A stretch of DNA of 22,815 bases from a virus (lineage: Duplodnaviria > Heunggongvirae > Uroviricota > Caudoviricetes): the IMG/VR virus record IMGVR_UViG_2609459792_000001. The stretch is one strand, 5' to 3'. This document shows positions 1-12,422 of the stretch, one piece after another (position 1 is the stretch's first letter; every line of letters begins with the position of its first letter). The position numbers and the translations under genes were made by a program. The notes under the pieces were generated by a model. That model was not told the DNA's origin. It saw nothing but the letters and a program-made list of their open reading frames with translations, and did no database searches.

Positions 1-699
1 CGCAGCTTCTGATGCCTTCGTGGTCGCGGTGGATGCAGATGTGGCTGCTGATTGTTGTGACGCTGAAGCATTCGTTTCTGACGTTTTCGCGGCACTGGCA
101 CTGGTAGCTGCCGCGCTTTTTGAGGACTCTGCAGCGGCAGCACTTTTTGATGCTTCAGTGGCCTTTGTTGATGCCGTTCCTGCGCTGGAAGACGCTGACT
201 GAGCCGACGACGCGGCCTGTCCGGCTGACGTGCTGGCTGCGCGTGCTGAGCCTGCAGCATCAGTCGCATGGGTTGCCGCCTCACGGGCAGATGTGCCGGC
301 ATCGCCGGCTGACTTCTTCGCGGCTGCCGTGTTCTGTGCCACTGCGGACGCGTTACGCGCCACCTCTTCCACCATCAGTTCAAAACGGCGCAGTGCCTCT
401 GGCCGGACATCATCCTCCGTCATTGCACCGAGGAAATCATTCAGTGTGCCCGGCTTTGAGTCCTCATATACGGTGATAATCCCGGCGTGTGACGGCGGGA
501 ATCCCTCCACCAACAGACTGACGCTGTACTGACCATACTCGACGTCCATTGTGTAACGCCCGGCTTCATCCGGGTTTTCTGAGGCCACTGTGTTCACCAC
601 CACCGTGGTGCTGTTGCGCCTGGCCTTTAGCTGAATGGTGCAGTTTTGTATCGGCTTACCTGCGCCATCTTTCAGTACACCTGAAATCCGTACTGCCAT
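1..699 (-). CDS. stf: Side tail fibre protein Stf (lambda orf-401-like), N-terminal 233 codons; 3' end lies beyond the window
   Basis: ATG at 699..697 with GGGGGG Shine-Dalgarno just upstream, open to the window edge. Translation starts MAVRISGVLKDGAGKPIQNCTIQLKA... and runs into an Ala/Ser-rich stretch, as in lambda Stf. Sits about 65 nt downstream of lom, as in lambda. Not in the ORF track because it has no stop in the window. Confidence 0.85.
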   Translation of the reverse strand, partial: MAVRISGVLKDGAGKPIQNCTIQLKARRNSTTVVVNTVASENPDEAGRYTMDVEYGQYSVSLLVEGFPPSHAGIITVYEDSKPGTLNDFLGAMTEDDVRPEALRRFELMVEEVARNASAVAQNTAAAKKSAGDAGTSAREAATHATDAAGSARAASTSAGQAASSAQSASSSAGTASTKATEASKSAAAAESSKSAAATSASAAKTSETNASASQQSAATSASTATTKASEAA

Positions 700-763
700 A
701 TTCCCCCCACAAAAAAGCCCGCCTGAACCGGCGGGCTGTCATAACACTGTGTTACCTGGCTAA

Positions 764-1363
764 TCAGAATTTATAACCGACACCAACGATGAAACTGTTG
801 GTACGCCAGTCACCGCTGCCGGAGCCTTCATAAGCGACGTCAACGGCCACGGATTCGGTCGGGTTAAACTGCACGCCAGCTCCCCACGCCAGAGAGGTGT
901 TACTGTGGCGAGCGTCATCACTTCCGGTCAGCACGTCGTGCGTTTTTCCCTTGTTGTCAGTTACGCGGAGATAATCCCCGGAGAAAGTCGAAACACGGCT
1001 GTAAGCCATACCCGCCATCGCATACGCGCTGAACCATTCATTCACGCGCACAGACGGCCCCGCCATCACGCTGAACCAGCGGTTACGCACGGAATCCTCA
1101 TGCCAGCGGGTATCGCTGTAATGCGTTTTTTGCTCATCTTCAGCGTTGGCATAACTGAACGACGTCACCATCCCCAGTGTGTCCGTAAACTCATAACGGT
1201 ATTTCACGTTAATCCCGTTCAGATCATCACTGCCGGGAACGTTCGTCCGGGCATGAAGATACCCCGCGCTCAGCGTGGACTGATGTTCAGACGCCCATAC
1301 AGGCGCACCGGATACGGCCAGACAGATGGCTGCGGACAAAATGGCTGCACAAACTTTACGCAT
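764..1363 (-). CDS. lom: Outer membrane protein Lom (Ail/Lom family beta-barrel)
   Basis: 199-aa ORF; signal peptide MRKVCAAILSAAICLAVSGAPVWA, C-terminal ...FIVGVGYKF beta-barrel signature; GAGG Shine-Dalgarno; lambda position between J and stf. Confidence 0.95.
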   Translation of the reverse strand: MRKVCAAILSAAICLAVSGAPVWASEHQSTLSAGYLHARTNVPGSDDLNGINVKYRYEFTDTLGMVTSFSYANAEDEQKTHYSDTRWHEDSVRNRWFSVMAGPSVRVNEWFSAYAMAGMAYSRVSTFSGDYLRVTDNKGKTHDVLTGSDDARHSNTSLAWGAGVQFNPTESVAVDVAYEGSGSGDWRTNSFIVGVGYKF

Positions 1364-1385
1364 AATTACCTCTCGCTTTTCTGCA

Positions 1386-1411
1386 ATAAAAAAGGCGCCA
1401 TTTCTGGCGCC
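1386..1411 (-). terminator. Rho-independent terminator between J and lom (lambda tJ-like)
   Basis: On the minus strand, a GC stem GGCGCCA / loop GAAA / TGGCGCC (1394..1411) followed by TTTTTT (1393..1388). Confidence 0.6.
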
Positions 1412-1430
1412 CGTATATGGGTTATAAAAT

Positions 1431-4880
<3,450 letters not shown>

Positions 4881-4940
4881 TCGTCATGCTCCATAAACGA
4901 CAAAACCGCCCGGAGGCGGTTTCACATAAAACATTTTGCA

Positions 4941-5597
4941 TCAGCGACCAATCACCACAACCTGACCACCATCCCCTTCGTCTGCCGTGCTGATCTCCTG
5001 AGAAACCACCCGTGACCCCACGCGCATTTCACCGTACAGAACAGGCAGAACATTGCCCTGGGCAACCATGTTATCCAGTGAGGAAAAATAGGTGTTCTGT
5101 TTGCCGTTATCCGTTGTCTGTGTGCGGGGAGTTCTGGCTTTCGGTGCCAGCATCTGCGCCACACCGCCAAGTATCATACTGGCACCGAGAGAAAACAGAT
5201 ACCGGTATACACGCCGCAATGGCTGCCCCCCAGCTGCAAGGGTTCCGGCATATAGCAACCGCAATGACGGCCGCCCCCAGCACAACCTGAAACACACCGC
5301 CACTTTTGGCCCCGGCAGACGCGGCACGATATGGATCACGGCACCATTTGCCAGCGGCTCATTAAGACGGGCAGATAATTCGGTTTCACCTGCATCACGC
5401 CCGGCAATGCGTACCTGATACCAGCCGTCGCTCAGTTTCTGACGAAACGCCGGGAGCTGTGTGGCCAGCGCCCGGATGGCTTCGGCCCCCGTTTTCACAC
5501 GAAGGTCGATGCGGCGGCCAAATCGTTGCAAATCCCCGTAAAGGCAGATGCGTGCCATGCCCGGTGACGCCAGAGGGAGTGTGTGCGTCGCTGCCAT
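4941..5597 (-). CDS. I: Tail tip assembly protein I (internally frame-scrambled but open)
   Basis: 218-aa ORF with lambda gpI-like N-terminus (MAATHTLPLASPGMARICLYGDLQRFGRRIDLRV...) and C-terminus (...VLPVLYGEMRVGSRVVSQEISTADEGDGGQVVVIGR). Overlaps the K 3' end by 103 nt, exactly as in lambda. The middle segment (about 5150..5320) reads as out-of-frame Arg-rich sequence while the Gly/Ala-rich hydrophobic segment is in another frame (ORF 5107..5295). Confidence 0.8.
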   Translation of the reverse strand: MAATHTLPLASPGMARICLYGDLQRFGRRIDLRVKTGAEAIRALATQLPAFRQKLSDGWYQVRIAGRDAGETELSARLNEPLANGAVIHIVPRLPGPKVAVCFRLCWGRPSLRLLYAGTLAAGGQPLRRVYRYLFSLGASMILGGVAQMLAPKARTPRTQTTDNGKQNTYFSSLDNMVAQGNVLPVLYGEMRVGSRVVSQEISTADEGDGGQVVVIGR

Positions 5598-6237
5598 TTG
5601 TCGGTATACCTCTCTCGTTTGCTCAGTTGTTCAGGAATATGGTGCAGCAGCTCGCCGTCACCACAGTAAATGGCGGCATGATTCGGCACCGATGAACCAA
5701 AACAGCACAGCAGCACATCGCCCGGCTGCGCCGCTGACAACGGCACCTGATACAGCCCTGTGGCCTCCAGATTATCCAGATAGAGATTCTGACCGTGACG
5801 CCACCAGTCATCCTCGCGATGAAAATCCGGCATCTCAATCCCCGCCAGATGGTAAGCATCCCGGAACAGCGTGTAACAGTCCGTCACCCCGTGCTCAAAG
5901 CGCCGCCCGGTGAGATGCGGCACACAGCGGAATTTATGAATCGTCCCCCGGCAGACCAGCCACCACGGCAAATCACTCTGCACCTGCAGCCGCCGGTCGG
6001 CCTCACTCAGCCAGGGCAGACCACCGGGGTGGCTGTGGACCAGCGCCACAATCTCACCCTGCATTTCTGCCTCAGCCAGTCCTCCGGCGACATACGGAAA
6101 TACGCCTCCGGCTCACCGGAGATATTCACGCAGGGAAAATATCTTTCCCCCTCCGGCGTGCTCACCACGAAGCCGCACGACTCCGCTGGCGCACATCGCC
6201 GGGCGTGCGCCAGAATCGCTGATTCTGTCTCTGTCAT
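5495..6237 (-). pseudogene. K: Tail tip assembly protein K (JAB/MPN + NlpC/P60 peptidase), frameshifted near the 5' end
   Basis: C-terminal ORF 5495..6064 (189 aa, MQGEIVALVHSHPGGLPWLSEAD... with JAMM HxH..S..D and NlpC/P60 Cys/His). An upstream ORF 6007..6237 in a different frame (MTETESAILAHARRCAPAESCGFVVSTPEGERYFPCVNISGEPEAYFRMSPEDW...) starts 6 nt after L. The frames are offset by one nucleotide near 6070; the lambda-type start MSPEDWL (ATG 6093) is in the upstream frame. Confidence 0.75.
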
Positions 6238-6242
6238 GGGAT

Positions 6243-6941
6243 TTACTGCGAAAGTTTGTTAATGGAAAGGAAGCCGCCAAAGTTGCCGACGTTATTGCGA
6301 AACTTACAGCCACTCAGGCATTTGCTGCATTTATCCTTCGTGATATCGGACGTTGTCTGGTCATATTCATCCGCGACCGCCGGACCGTGATAACCGCACT
6401 CATCGCCGCGATAGGTCCAGGTGCAGGTGTTGGCCAGCATGATACGTCCCGGAAAAACAGCGCCATCTGTTTCCGTCGGCGTGGACAGTACAAAGGAGGC
6501 ACTCACCGCGCTCAGTTCGCTGCACTGCTCGATGCGCCAGCGGCTGATCACCTCCTGCTCCGGATCGGCGTCACTGTTTCCGTTGACGAAGTTCACCGCA
6601 TCCAGAAAACGGGCATAAACCTTACGCCTGACCACCGTTCCGCCGACCAGACTCTGCAGATCTTCCGCCATCCCGGTGACCATGCCATACAGGTTAGAAA
6701 CCGTCAGCGTGGGGCGCGTACTGGTGCCTTTGCCATTCAGTTCGAAACCACTCCCCTGAATGGGATACGCCTGATACTGTCGCCCCTGCCAGGTGACCGG
6801 CTCACCTTTTTCGTTCTGCTCATTACAGAAAAAATAACGTTCTCCACCGACCTCTGTCAGGTCGATTTCCCATAGCACCACGCTGGCCGACTGCTCCGCA
6901 CGGGTGCATTCATTCAGTGTTTCCTGCCGGATATCCTGCAT
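6243..6941 (-). CDS. L: Tail tip protein L
   Basis: 232-aa ORF, lambda gpL length; ATG shares one base with the M stop codon (TGATG) at 6941, as in lambda. Confidence 0.93.
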   Translation of the reverse strand: MQDIRQETLNECTRAEQSASVVLWEIDLTEVGGERYFFCNEQNEKGEPVTWQGRQYQAYPIQGSGFELNGKGTSTRPTLTVSNLYGMVTGMAEDLQSLVGGTVVRRKVYARFLDAVNFVNGNSDADPEQEVISRWRIEQCSELSAVSASFVLSTPTETDGAVFPGRIMLANTCTWTYRGDECGYHGPAVADEYDQTTSDITKDKCSKCLSGCKFRNNVGNFGGFLSINKLSQ

Positions 6942-7270
6942 CAGTTCACCACCTGTTCAAACTCTGCGCTGAACTCAACACGCAACATACTGACCCGCGA
7001 CGACCATTTTGCGCAGGTCACCTTTATCTGCCGCCACTCATAAGGCGGCGTCCACAGAAAGGCTTTCCAGCCCCCGTGCTCTTCCAGAAACGACTCCAGT
7101 ACCGTGGCCTCCTCACGGGGGACAGAAAGCGTCACGCTGTACGTTTTCAGGTTGGCATTCAGCCCGGCAGGCGCTCGCTGAGAATAGCCATCACCAAAGC
7201 GCACCTTTCTTACAGAAGGGACCGAAGCCACATCCATACCGGGTTTCACTTTCCAGCGGAAGGTCTTCAT
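6941..7270 (-). CDS. M: Tail tip protein M
   Basis: 109-aa ORF, lambda gpM length; ATGA overlap with the H stop. Confidence 0.93.
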   Translation of the reverse strand: MKTFRWKVKPGMDVASVPSVRKVRFGDGYSQRAPAGLNANLKTYSVTLSVPREEATVLESFLEEHGGWKAFLWTPPYEWRQIKVTCAKWSSRVSMLRVEFSAEFEQVVN

Positions 7271-9846
7271 CGTCCACCTCCGGAGAACAGGCCACCATCA
7301 CGCATCTGTGTCTGAATTTCATCACGGGCACCCTTGCGGGCCATGTCATACACCGCCTTCAGAGCAGCCGGACCTATCTGCCCGTTCGTGCCGTCGTTGT
7401 TAATCACCACATGGTTATTCTGCTCAAACGTCCCGGACGCCTGCGACCGGCTGTCTGCCATGCTGCCCGGTGTACCGACATAACCGCCGGTGGCATAGCC
7501 GCGCATCAGCCGGTAAAGATTCCCCACGCCAATCCGGCTGGTTGCCTCCTTCGTGAAGACAAACTCACCACGGTGAACAATCCCCGCTGGCTCATATTTG
7601 CCGCCGGTTCCCGTAAATCCTCCGGTTGCAAAATGGAATTTCGCCGCAGCGGCCTGAATGGCTGTACCGCCTGACGCGGATGCGCCGCCACCAACAGCCC
7701 CGCCAATGGCGCTGCCGATACTCCCGACAATCCCCACCATTGCCTGCTTAAGCAGAATTTCTGTCATCATGGACAGCACGGAACGGGTGAAGCTGCGCCA
7801 GTTCTGCTCACTGCCGGTCAGCATCGCCGCCATATTCTGTGCAATACCATCAAAGGTCTGCGTGGCTGCACTTTTTACCTGCGACATACTGTCCGTGGCG
7901 CTCTCTTCCCACTCACTCCAGCCGGACTTCAGGCCTGCCATCCAGTTCCCGCGAAGCTGGTCTTCAGCCGCCCAGGTCTTTTTCTGCTCTGACATGACGT
8001 TATTCAGCGCCAGCGGATTATCGCCATACTGTTCCTTCAGGCGCTGTTCCGTGGCTTCCCGTTCTGCCTGCCGGTCAGTCAGCCCCCGGCTTTTCGCATC
8101 AATGGCGGCCCATTTTGCCCGTTGCTGCTGTGCGAATTTATCCGCCTGCTGCGCCAGCGCGTTCAGGCGCTCCTGATACGTAACCTTGTCGCCAAGTGCA
8201 GCCAGCTGGCGTTTGTACTCCAGCGTCTCATCTTTATGCGCCAGCAGGGATTTCTCCTGTGCAGACAGCTGGCGACGTTGCGCCGCCTCCTCCAGTACCG
8301 CGAACTGACTCTCCGCCTTCCACAAATCCCGGCGCTGCTGGCTGATTTTCTCATTCGCTCCGGCATGCTTCTCCAGCGTCCGGAGTTCTGCCTGAAGCGT
8401 CAGCAGGGCAGCATGAGCACTGTCTTCCTGACGATCGCCCGCAGACACCTTCACGCCGGACTGTTTCGGCTTTTTCAGCGTCGCTTCATAATCCTTTTTC
8501 GCCGCCGCCATCAGCGTGTTGTAATCCGCCTGCAGGATTTTCCCGTCTTTCAGTGCCTTGTTCAGTTCTTCCTGACGGGCGGTATATTTCTCCAGCGGCG
8601 TCTGCAGCCGTTCGTAAGCCTTCTGCGCCTCTTCGGTATATTTCAGCCGTGATGCCTCAGACTCGGCCCAGTCCTTTGCTGCCATCTCTCTGGCCTTTTC
8701 AAGATCGGCCTGCAACGTGGCGGCTGAAAGCCCAAGTTGCGCATTCGCTCTGTCCTCCCATGCTCCCCGGAGATTGGCAAGAAATGCTGAGGTTTTACCG
8801 CGCCGGTGGCTCCGGCTCTGATACCACTGCCATTTTTTGTCCGCCTCATCAAAAGCCTTTTCTGCTTTCTCCAGCATTCCCTGGGCAGTGTCCGGGCGAC
8901 CAATATCCAGCACCGAATCCCACATGGATTTGAATGCCCGTGCTGTCCTGTCTGCCCAGGTCTCCAGCGTGCCCATGTTCTCTTTCAGGCGGCGGGTCTG
9001 GTCATCAAACCCTTTCGTTGCGGCCTCGTTCGCCGCCTGCAATGCCCCGGCTTCATCTCCGGAACGCTGCAACTGAGCAACATACGCAATCTGCTCCGCC
9101 GTCACGTTATGGAACTGACGTGCCATCGCTGTCAGTCCCGACGTCGGGTCTGTGGTCAGCTTCCCGAAGGCTTCAGCGACCTTGTCCACCTCCACGCCGG
9201 ATGCAGAGGAGAAACGCGCCACACTCTGGCTGATCGCCTCAAACTGCTCACCACCACGCACACCGGCATTCACCAGCGCCGTCAGTGACTCGCTGGTCTG
9301 GTTAAACGTCAGCCCTGCCGCCTGCCCGGCTCTGGACAGGACCAGCATACGATCTGCCGTCAGTCCCGCCTGATTGCCGGAAAGGACCAGCGTTTTGTTG
9401 AAATCGGACAGGGTTGAGTTGCCCTGATACCAGGCATACGCCAGCGCACCGGTCGCCACCGCCAGCGAGGTGGCCCCCACCATCGGCAGGGTGATCGCAC
9501 CGGCAAGCCCCCTGAACATGGGGATCATCCCGCCGAAGGAGTCCTTAACCTGACCCCCCTGTTGCAGCAGGATCAGCCACGGGCTTTGCCCGCCTGCAAG
9601 CTGCGTGGCCACGTCGGTGAACTGTGCAGGCAGCATACGCATGGCGGCTTTATACTGCCCGACGGAAATCCCCGCTTTCTGTGCAGCCAGCGCCTGTCGG
9701 CTCAGCGACTGTTCAACGACTGCCGCTGTTTTTTTCGCATCAGTTTCCGTACCGGAAAAATGACGCCTGACTCTGGCCATCTGCTCGTCAAATCTGGCCG
9801 CATCCAGACTTAAATCAACGACCAGATCGCCTACCGGTTCAGCCAT
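7267..9846 (-). CDS. H: Tail length tape measure protein H
   Basis: 859-aa ORF starting MAEPVGDLVVDLSLDAARFDEQMARVRRHF, with long coiled-coil central part and Gly-rich C-terminal region; overlaps the T stop by 8 nt as in lambda. About 6 aa longer than my recollection of lambda gpH. Confidence 0.93.
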   Translation of the reverse strand: MAEPVGDLVVDLSLDAARFDEQMARVRRHFSGTETDAKKTAAVVEQSLSRQALAAQKAGISVGQYKAAMRMLPAQFTDVATQLAGGQSPWLILLQQGGQVKDSFGGMIPMFRGLAGAITLPMVGATSLAVATGALAYAWYQGNSTLSDFNKTLVLSGNQAGLTADRMLVLSRAGQAAGLTFNQTSESLTALVNAGVRGGEQFEAISQSVARFSSASGVEVDKVAEAFGKLTTDPTSGLTAMARQFHNVTAEQIAYVAQLQRSGDEAGALQAANEAATKGFDDQTRRLKENMGTLETWADRTARAFKSMWDSVLDIGRPDTAQGMLEKAEKAFDEADKKWQWYQSRSHRRGKTSAFLANLRGAWEDRANAQLGLSAATLQADLEKAREMAAKDWAESEASRLKYTEEAQKAYERLQTPLEKYTARQEELNKALKDGKILQADYNTLMAAAKKDYEATLKKPKQSGVKVSAGDRQEDSAHAALLTLQAELRTLEKHAGANEKISQQRRDLWKAESQFAVLEEAAQRRQLSAQEKSLLAHKDETLEYKRQLAALGDKVTYQERLNALAQQADKFAQQQRAKWAAIDAKSRGLTDRQAEREATEQRLKEQYGDNPLALNNVMSEQKKTWAAEDQLRGNWMAGLKSGWSEWEESATDSMSQVKSAATQTFDGIAQNMAAMLTGSEQNWRSFTRSVLSMMTEILLKQAMVGIVGSIGSAIGGAVGGGASASGGTAIQAAAAKFHFATGGFTGTGGKYEPAGIVHRGEFVFTKEATSRIGVGNLYRLMRGYATGGYVGTPGSMADSRSQASGTFEQNNHVVINNDGTNGQIGPAALKAVYDMARKGARDEIQTQMRDGGLFSGGGR

Positions 9847-10677
9847 ACCGGACTCCTCCTGCGATCCCTTCTGATACTGTCATCAGCATTACGTCATCCT
9901 CCGTCATGTCCGCCACATCCGGGGAAGTAGGGATAACTTCATTCCCGTCCGGGCCAAAGCGGACACCTCCGGCAAGCCCTGCCGCTTTCTGCATCAGCAC
10001 ATCATCTTCAGGCTCTTCGTCAGCCTCACGCCGGTTCAGCAAACTGAAATCCAGCGGATGCATATCCGGATCGCTGAAAAACAGGCTGAGCACGGTGTAC
10101 GTCAGCCCGGAAAAGTGCATATCCAGCAGAACATCATGAAAATAATGGGTACTGTAAAAGCGGTGCCAGTCGGCATACTCCGTGGATGACATCCCGGCAA
10201 GCATGGCACGCCAGTCGGGTCGCCCCATCTCACGCGCCAGTTTCAGGGCAAAACTCAGCTCACCGTCGAACACTTTCCCGCAGAAACAGGCTCTGCGGGC
10301 CCGGCGTCCTCTGTCTGTTCAGGGGCATTATTCACCACAAACTCATACATACCAGACAGCCGGTACACCACGTTTTCAGCATGAGAAATTGCCTCCGTGG
10401 GCCAGGTGGTAAGCACTTCCTGCTCAATCTGTTTAACGGCTTCATTCATGGACGGCATCTGCGTCTTCTGCGGATGGTTATGCCACAGGGACATCGCCAC
10501 CAGAAACGCGCCGGTTCTGATGGCGTCTTCCACAGTAAACTTCCGGTTGCTGTCTGACTCCGCCTGTTCTGCCTGCCGTTTCATCAGGGCGAGATGCTCA
10601 ATACGCTGCAGGGCTGACAGTTCAGAAAGCGTGACGGTCACACCGTTATGTTCAAATGATTCGGTTTTCAGGAACAT
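9839..10677 (-). CDS. T: Tail assembly chaperone G-T fusion, made by -1 programmed ribosomal frameshift
   Basis: T-frame ORF 9839..10273 has no independent start and lies in the -1 frame relative to G; the G GGA AAG slippery heptamer is present. Total span 839 nt equals lambda G-T. Confidence 0.85.
10255..10677 (-). CDS. G: Tail assembly chaperone G
   Basis: 140-aa ORF, lambda gpG length; ends ...AGKCSTVS with the slippery heptamer in its last codons. Confidence 0.93.
   Translation of the reverse strand: MFLKTESFEHNGVTVTLSELSALQRIEHLALMKRQAEQAESDSNRKFTVEDAIRTGAFLVAMSLWHNHPQKTQMPSMNEAVKQIEQEVLTTWPTEAISHAENVVYRLSGMYEFVVNNAPEQTEDAGPAEPVSAGKCSTVS
10273..10279 (-). promoter_or_regulatory. -1 programmed frameshift slippery heptamer G GGA AAG (G to G-T)
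   Basis: Minus-strand sequence gcG GGA AAG tgt..., with GGA and AAG in the G frame, 5 codons before the G stop. Confidence 0.8.
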
Positions 10678-10692
10678 CGCTGACTCTCCGGA

Positions 10693-11433
10693 TTAACTGG
10701 CGGTGACGTTGATTTCTGCAACCGCAGCAAACTCACCATTACCGGATACAACCGGAATGTTGACCTTGCCTGCAGCAACACCTTTCACGGTGATGGTCAT
10801 ACCACTGACCGACACGGTGGCTTTTGTTTTATCCGCAGACACCGCACGGAAGCTCTTGTCGGTTGCGCCCTCCGGCTGGAATGCCACGGTCAGCGTGGTG
10901 CTCTGCCCTTTCACTACGGAAGCACTGGCGGGTGTCACCGTCATGCCGGTTGTCGCCGTCACCGTGCTGCGATCTTCTGCCATCGACGGACGTCCCACAT
11001 TGGTGACTTTCACCGTGCGGGTGATCACTTCCTTCGCCGTCACCGCCTTACCGATACTGCTGACCCAGCCGCGGAACACATCGACCGTGCCGTTCGGGAA
11101 GCGGATTTTATAGGCACGGGTATCGCCTTCATTAAACCACGCCAGCAGCGCCTGCTGCCCCTGCTCTCCGGGCATCCACGCCAGCGTGAAGCTGGTATCT
11201 CCGGCAGATTTCTGCCCCTGCCCGGTCGCAGTCCAGTCTGCATCTTCATCATCGAGATAGCTGTCGTCATAGGACTCAGCGGTCAGTTCGCCGGGCGTCA
11301 GGTCTTTAACTTTTGCCAGACGCGACCAGTCAACGTCTGAAAGCGGATTCGCATAAGGGTCACCGCTCCCCTTATAAACCCACAGGGTGGTCCCGGCACC
11401 TTTCACCGGCATTACAGGATTTGGTACAGGCAT
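10693..11433 (-). CDS. V: Major tail tube protein V
   Basis: 246 aa from ATG 11433 ([31 protein letters not shown]...), preceded by GAGGA Shine-Dalgarno; C-terminal Ig-like domain. The ORF-track start at 11463 would remove the lambda-like 7-nt gap after U. Confidence 0.92.
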   Translation of the reverse strand: MPVPNPVMPVKGAGTTLWVYKGSGDPYANPLSDVDWSRLAKVKDLTPGELTAESYDDSYLDDEDADWTATGQGQKSAGDTSFTLAWMPGEQGQQALLAWFNEGDTRAYKIRFPNGTVDVFRGWVSSIGKAVTAKEVITRTVKVTNVGRPSMAEDRSTVTATTGMTVTPASASVVKGQSTTLTVAFQPEGATDKSFRAVSADKTKATVSVSGMTITVKGVAAGKVNIPVVSGNGEFAAVAEINVTAS

Positions 11434-11440
11434 AGCGTCC

Positions 11441-11836
11441 TCACATTTCATAGGTAATGACATACGTCAGATCGGCTGAACTCCACAGGCCCGCATCATC
11501 GTCGCGCCGGTAGTCATAGCCGCTGGCCACCATACTGGTGATCAAATCTGACAGTGCCGGGATATCGCTCATCACCGGATAAATCCGGGACTCCATCCAC
11601 GCATCCAGCTCTGAATCCGGCACCTGAGCAGGCAGGAAAACTTCGATATGCAGCTCCGCCTGCCAGGTATCGCTGTCCAGCTCTTCGCCCGTGTATTCAG
11701 CGCCGGTGAGATAAACGGCAACTGCCGGAAAATCCGCCTCATCAAAAACAGCGGGGCGACCATCAAAAAGCGTCGCCCCGGTGTCATGCTTCTCCAGTGC
11801 ATCCAGTACGGCTGCACGGAGTTCAGTATGTTTCAT
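11441..11836 (-). CDS. U: Tail tube terminator protein U
   Basis: 131-aa ORF, lambda gpU length; 4-nt overlap with Z. Confidence 0.93.
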   Translation of the reverse strand: MKHTELRAAVLDALEKHDTGATLFDGRPAVFDEADFPAVAVYLTGAEYTGEELDSDTWQAELHIEVFLPAQVPDSELDAWMESRIYPVMSDIPALSDLITSMVASGYDYRRDDDAGLWSSADLTYVITYEM

Positions 11837-12411
11837 CGCTTTATTACCATTCTCAGTTGATGCTGCAGCGCATAGCCCAGCTCTTTCGGAAGACGTTCAC
11901 GCCGTATCCGTTCAATATTCTGTTTAAACGCCGTGGTAAGCGGCACCGCCATCGGGATTTTCACCACATCAATGGGGTAACGGTTTTTCCCGGCCACACG
12001 CTGCATGACATGCCACCGGCCATTTTTCAGTTGCTGAATAAACGCGCCGGGAATACGACGGTTTCCCACCACAAGCACGCTGCCGCCACCTTTCAGGGAT
12101 GAACGCTGCCCCTTTTTACGACGTCTGCGGCGGGAAAGGACAACCCGCGCGTTACCCAGCTTGATTACGGGCAAATCCCCCCGGTTAACCCTGATTCTGG
12201 CCTGCGGATTTTTGATCGTGGCCCTTTTCAGCCTGGCCCTTTCCTTTACCAGTTTCCGGCGTACCTTTGTCTCACGGGCAACCTGTGCCACCGACTGCGA
12301 TATCGCGGATGAAGCAACGCGGTTAATGGCCATTGCGGCGGCACCGGGCACCGCCGTTCTGCTGATACGGCTGAGGTTTTCAACGGCCTGCTCAAGACCT
12401 TTTATGGCCAT
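11833..12411 (-). CDS. Z: Tail completion protein Z
   Basis: 192-aa ORF, lambda gpZ length and position. Confidence 0.92.
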   Translation of the reverse strand: MAIKGLEQAVENLSRISRTAVPGAAAMAINRVASSAISQSVAQVARETKVRRKLVKERARLKRATIKNPQARIRVNRGDLPVIKLGNARVVLSRRRRRKKGQRSSLKGGGSVLVVGNRRIPGAFIQQLKNGRWHVMQRVAGKNRYPIDVVKIPMAVPLTTAFKQNIERIRRERLPKELGYALQHQLRMVIKR

Positions 12412-12422
12412 ACATCCCCCTT

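Noticed and set aside
1-450. Ala/Ser/Thr-rich repetitive sequence that could be mistaken for a tandem repeat or low-complexity non-coding DNA
   Set aside because: It is in frame within the stf ORF and corresponds to the repetitive N-terminal shaft of the side tail fibre.
20-776. Plus-strand ORFs 20..202, 120..476, 230..532 and 549..776
   Set aside because: They are antisense to the stf N-terminal coding region and the lom 3' end, and their translations look like frame-shifted or antisense junk.
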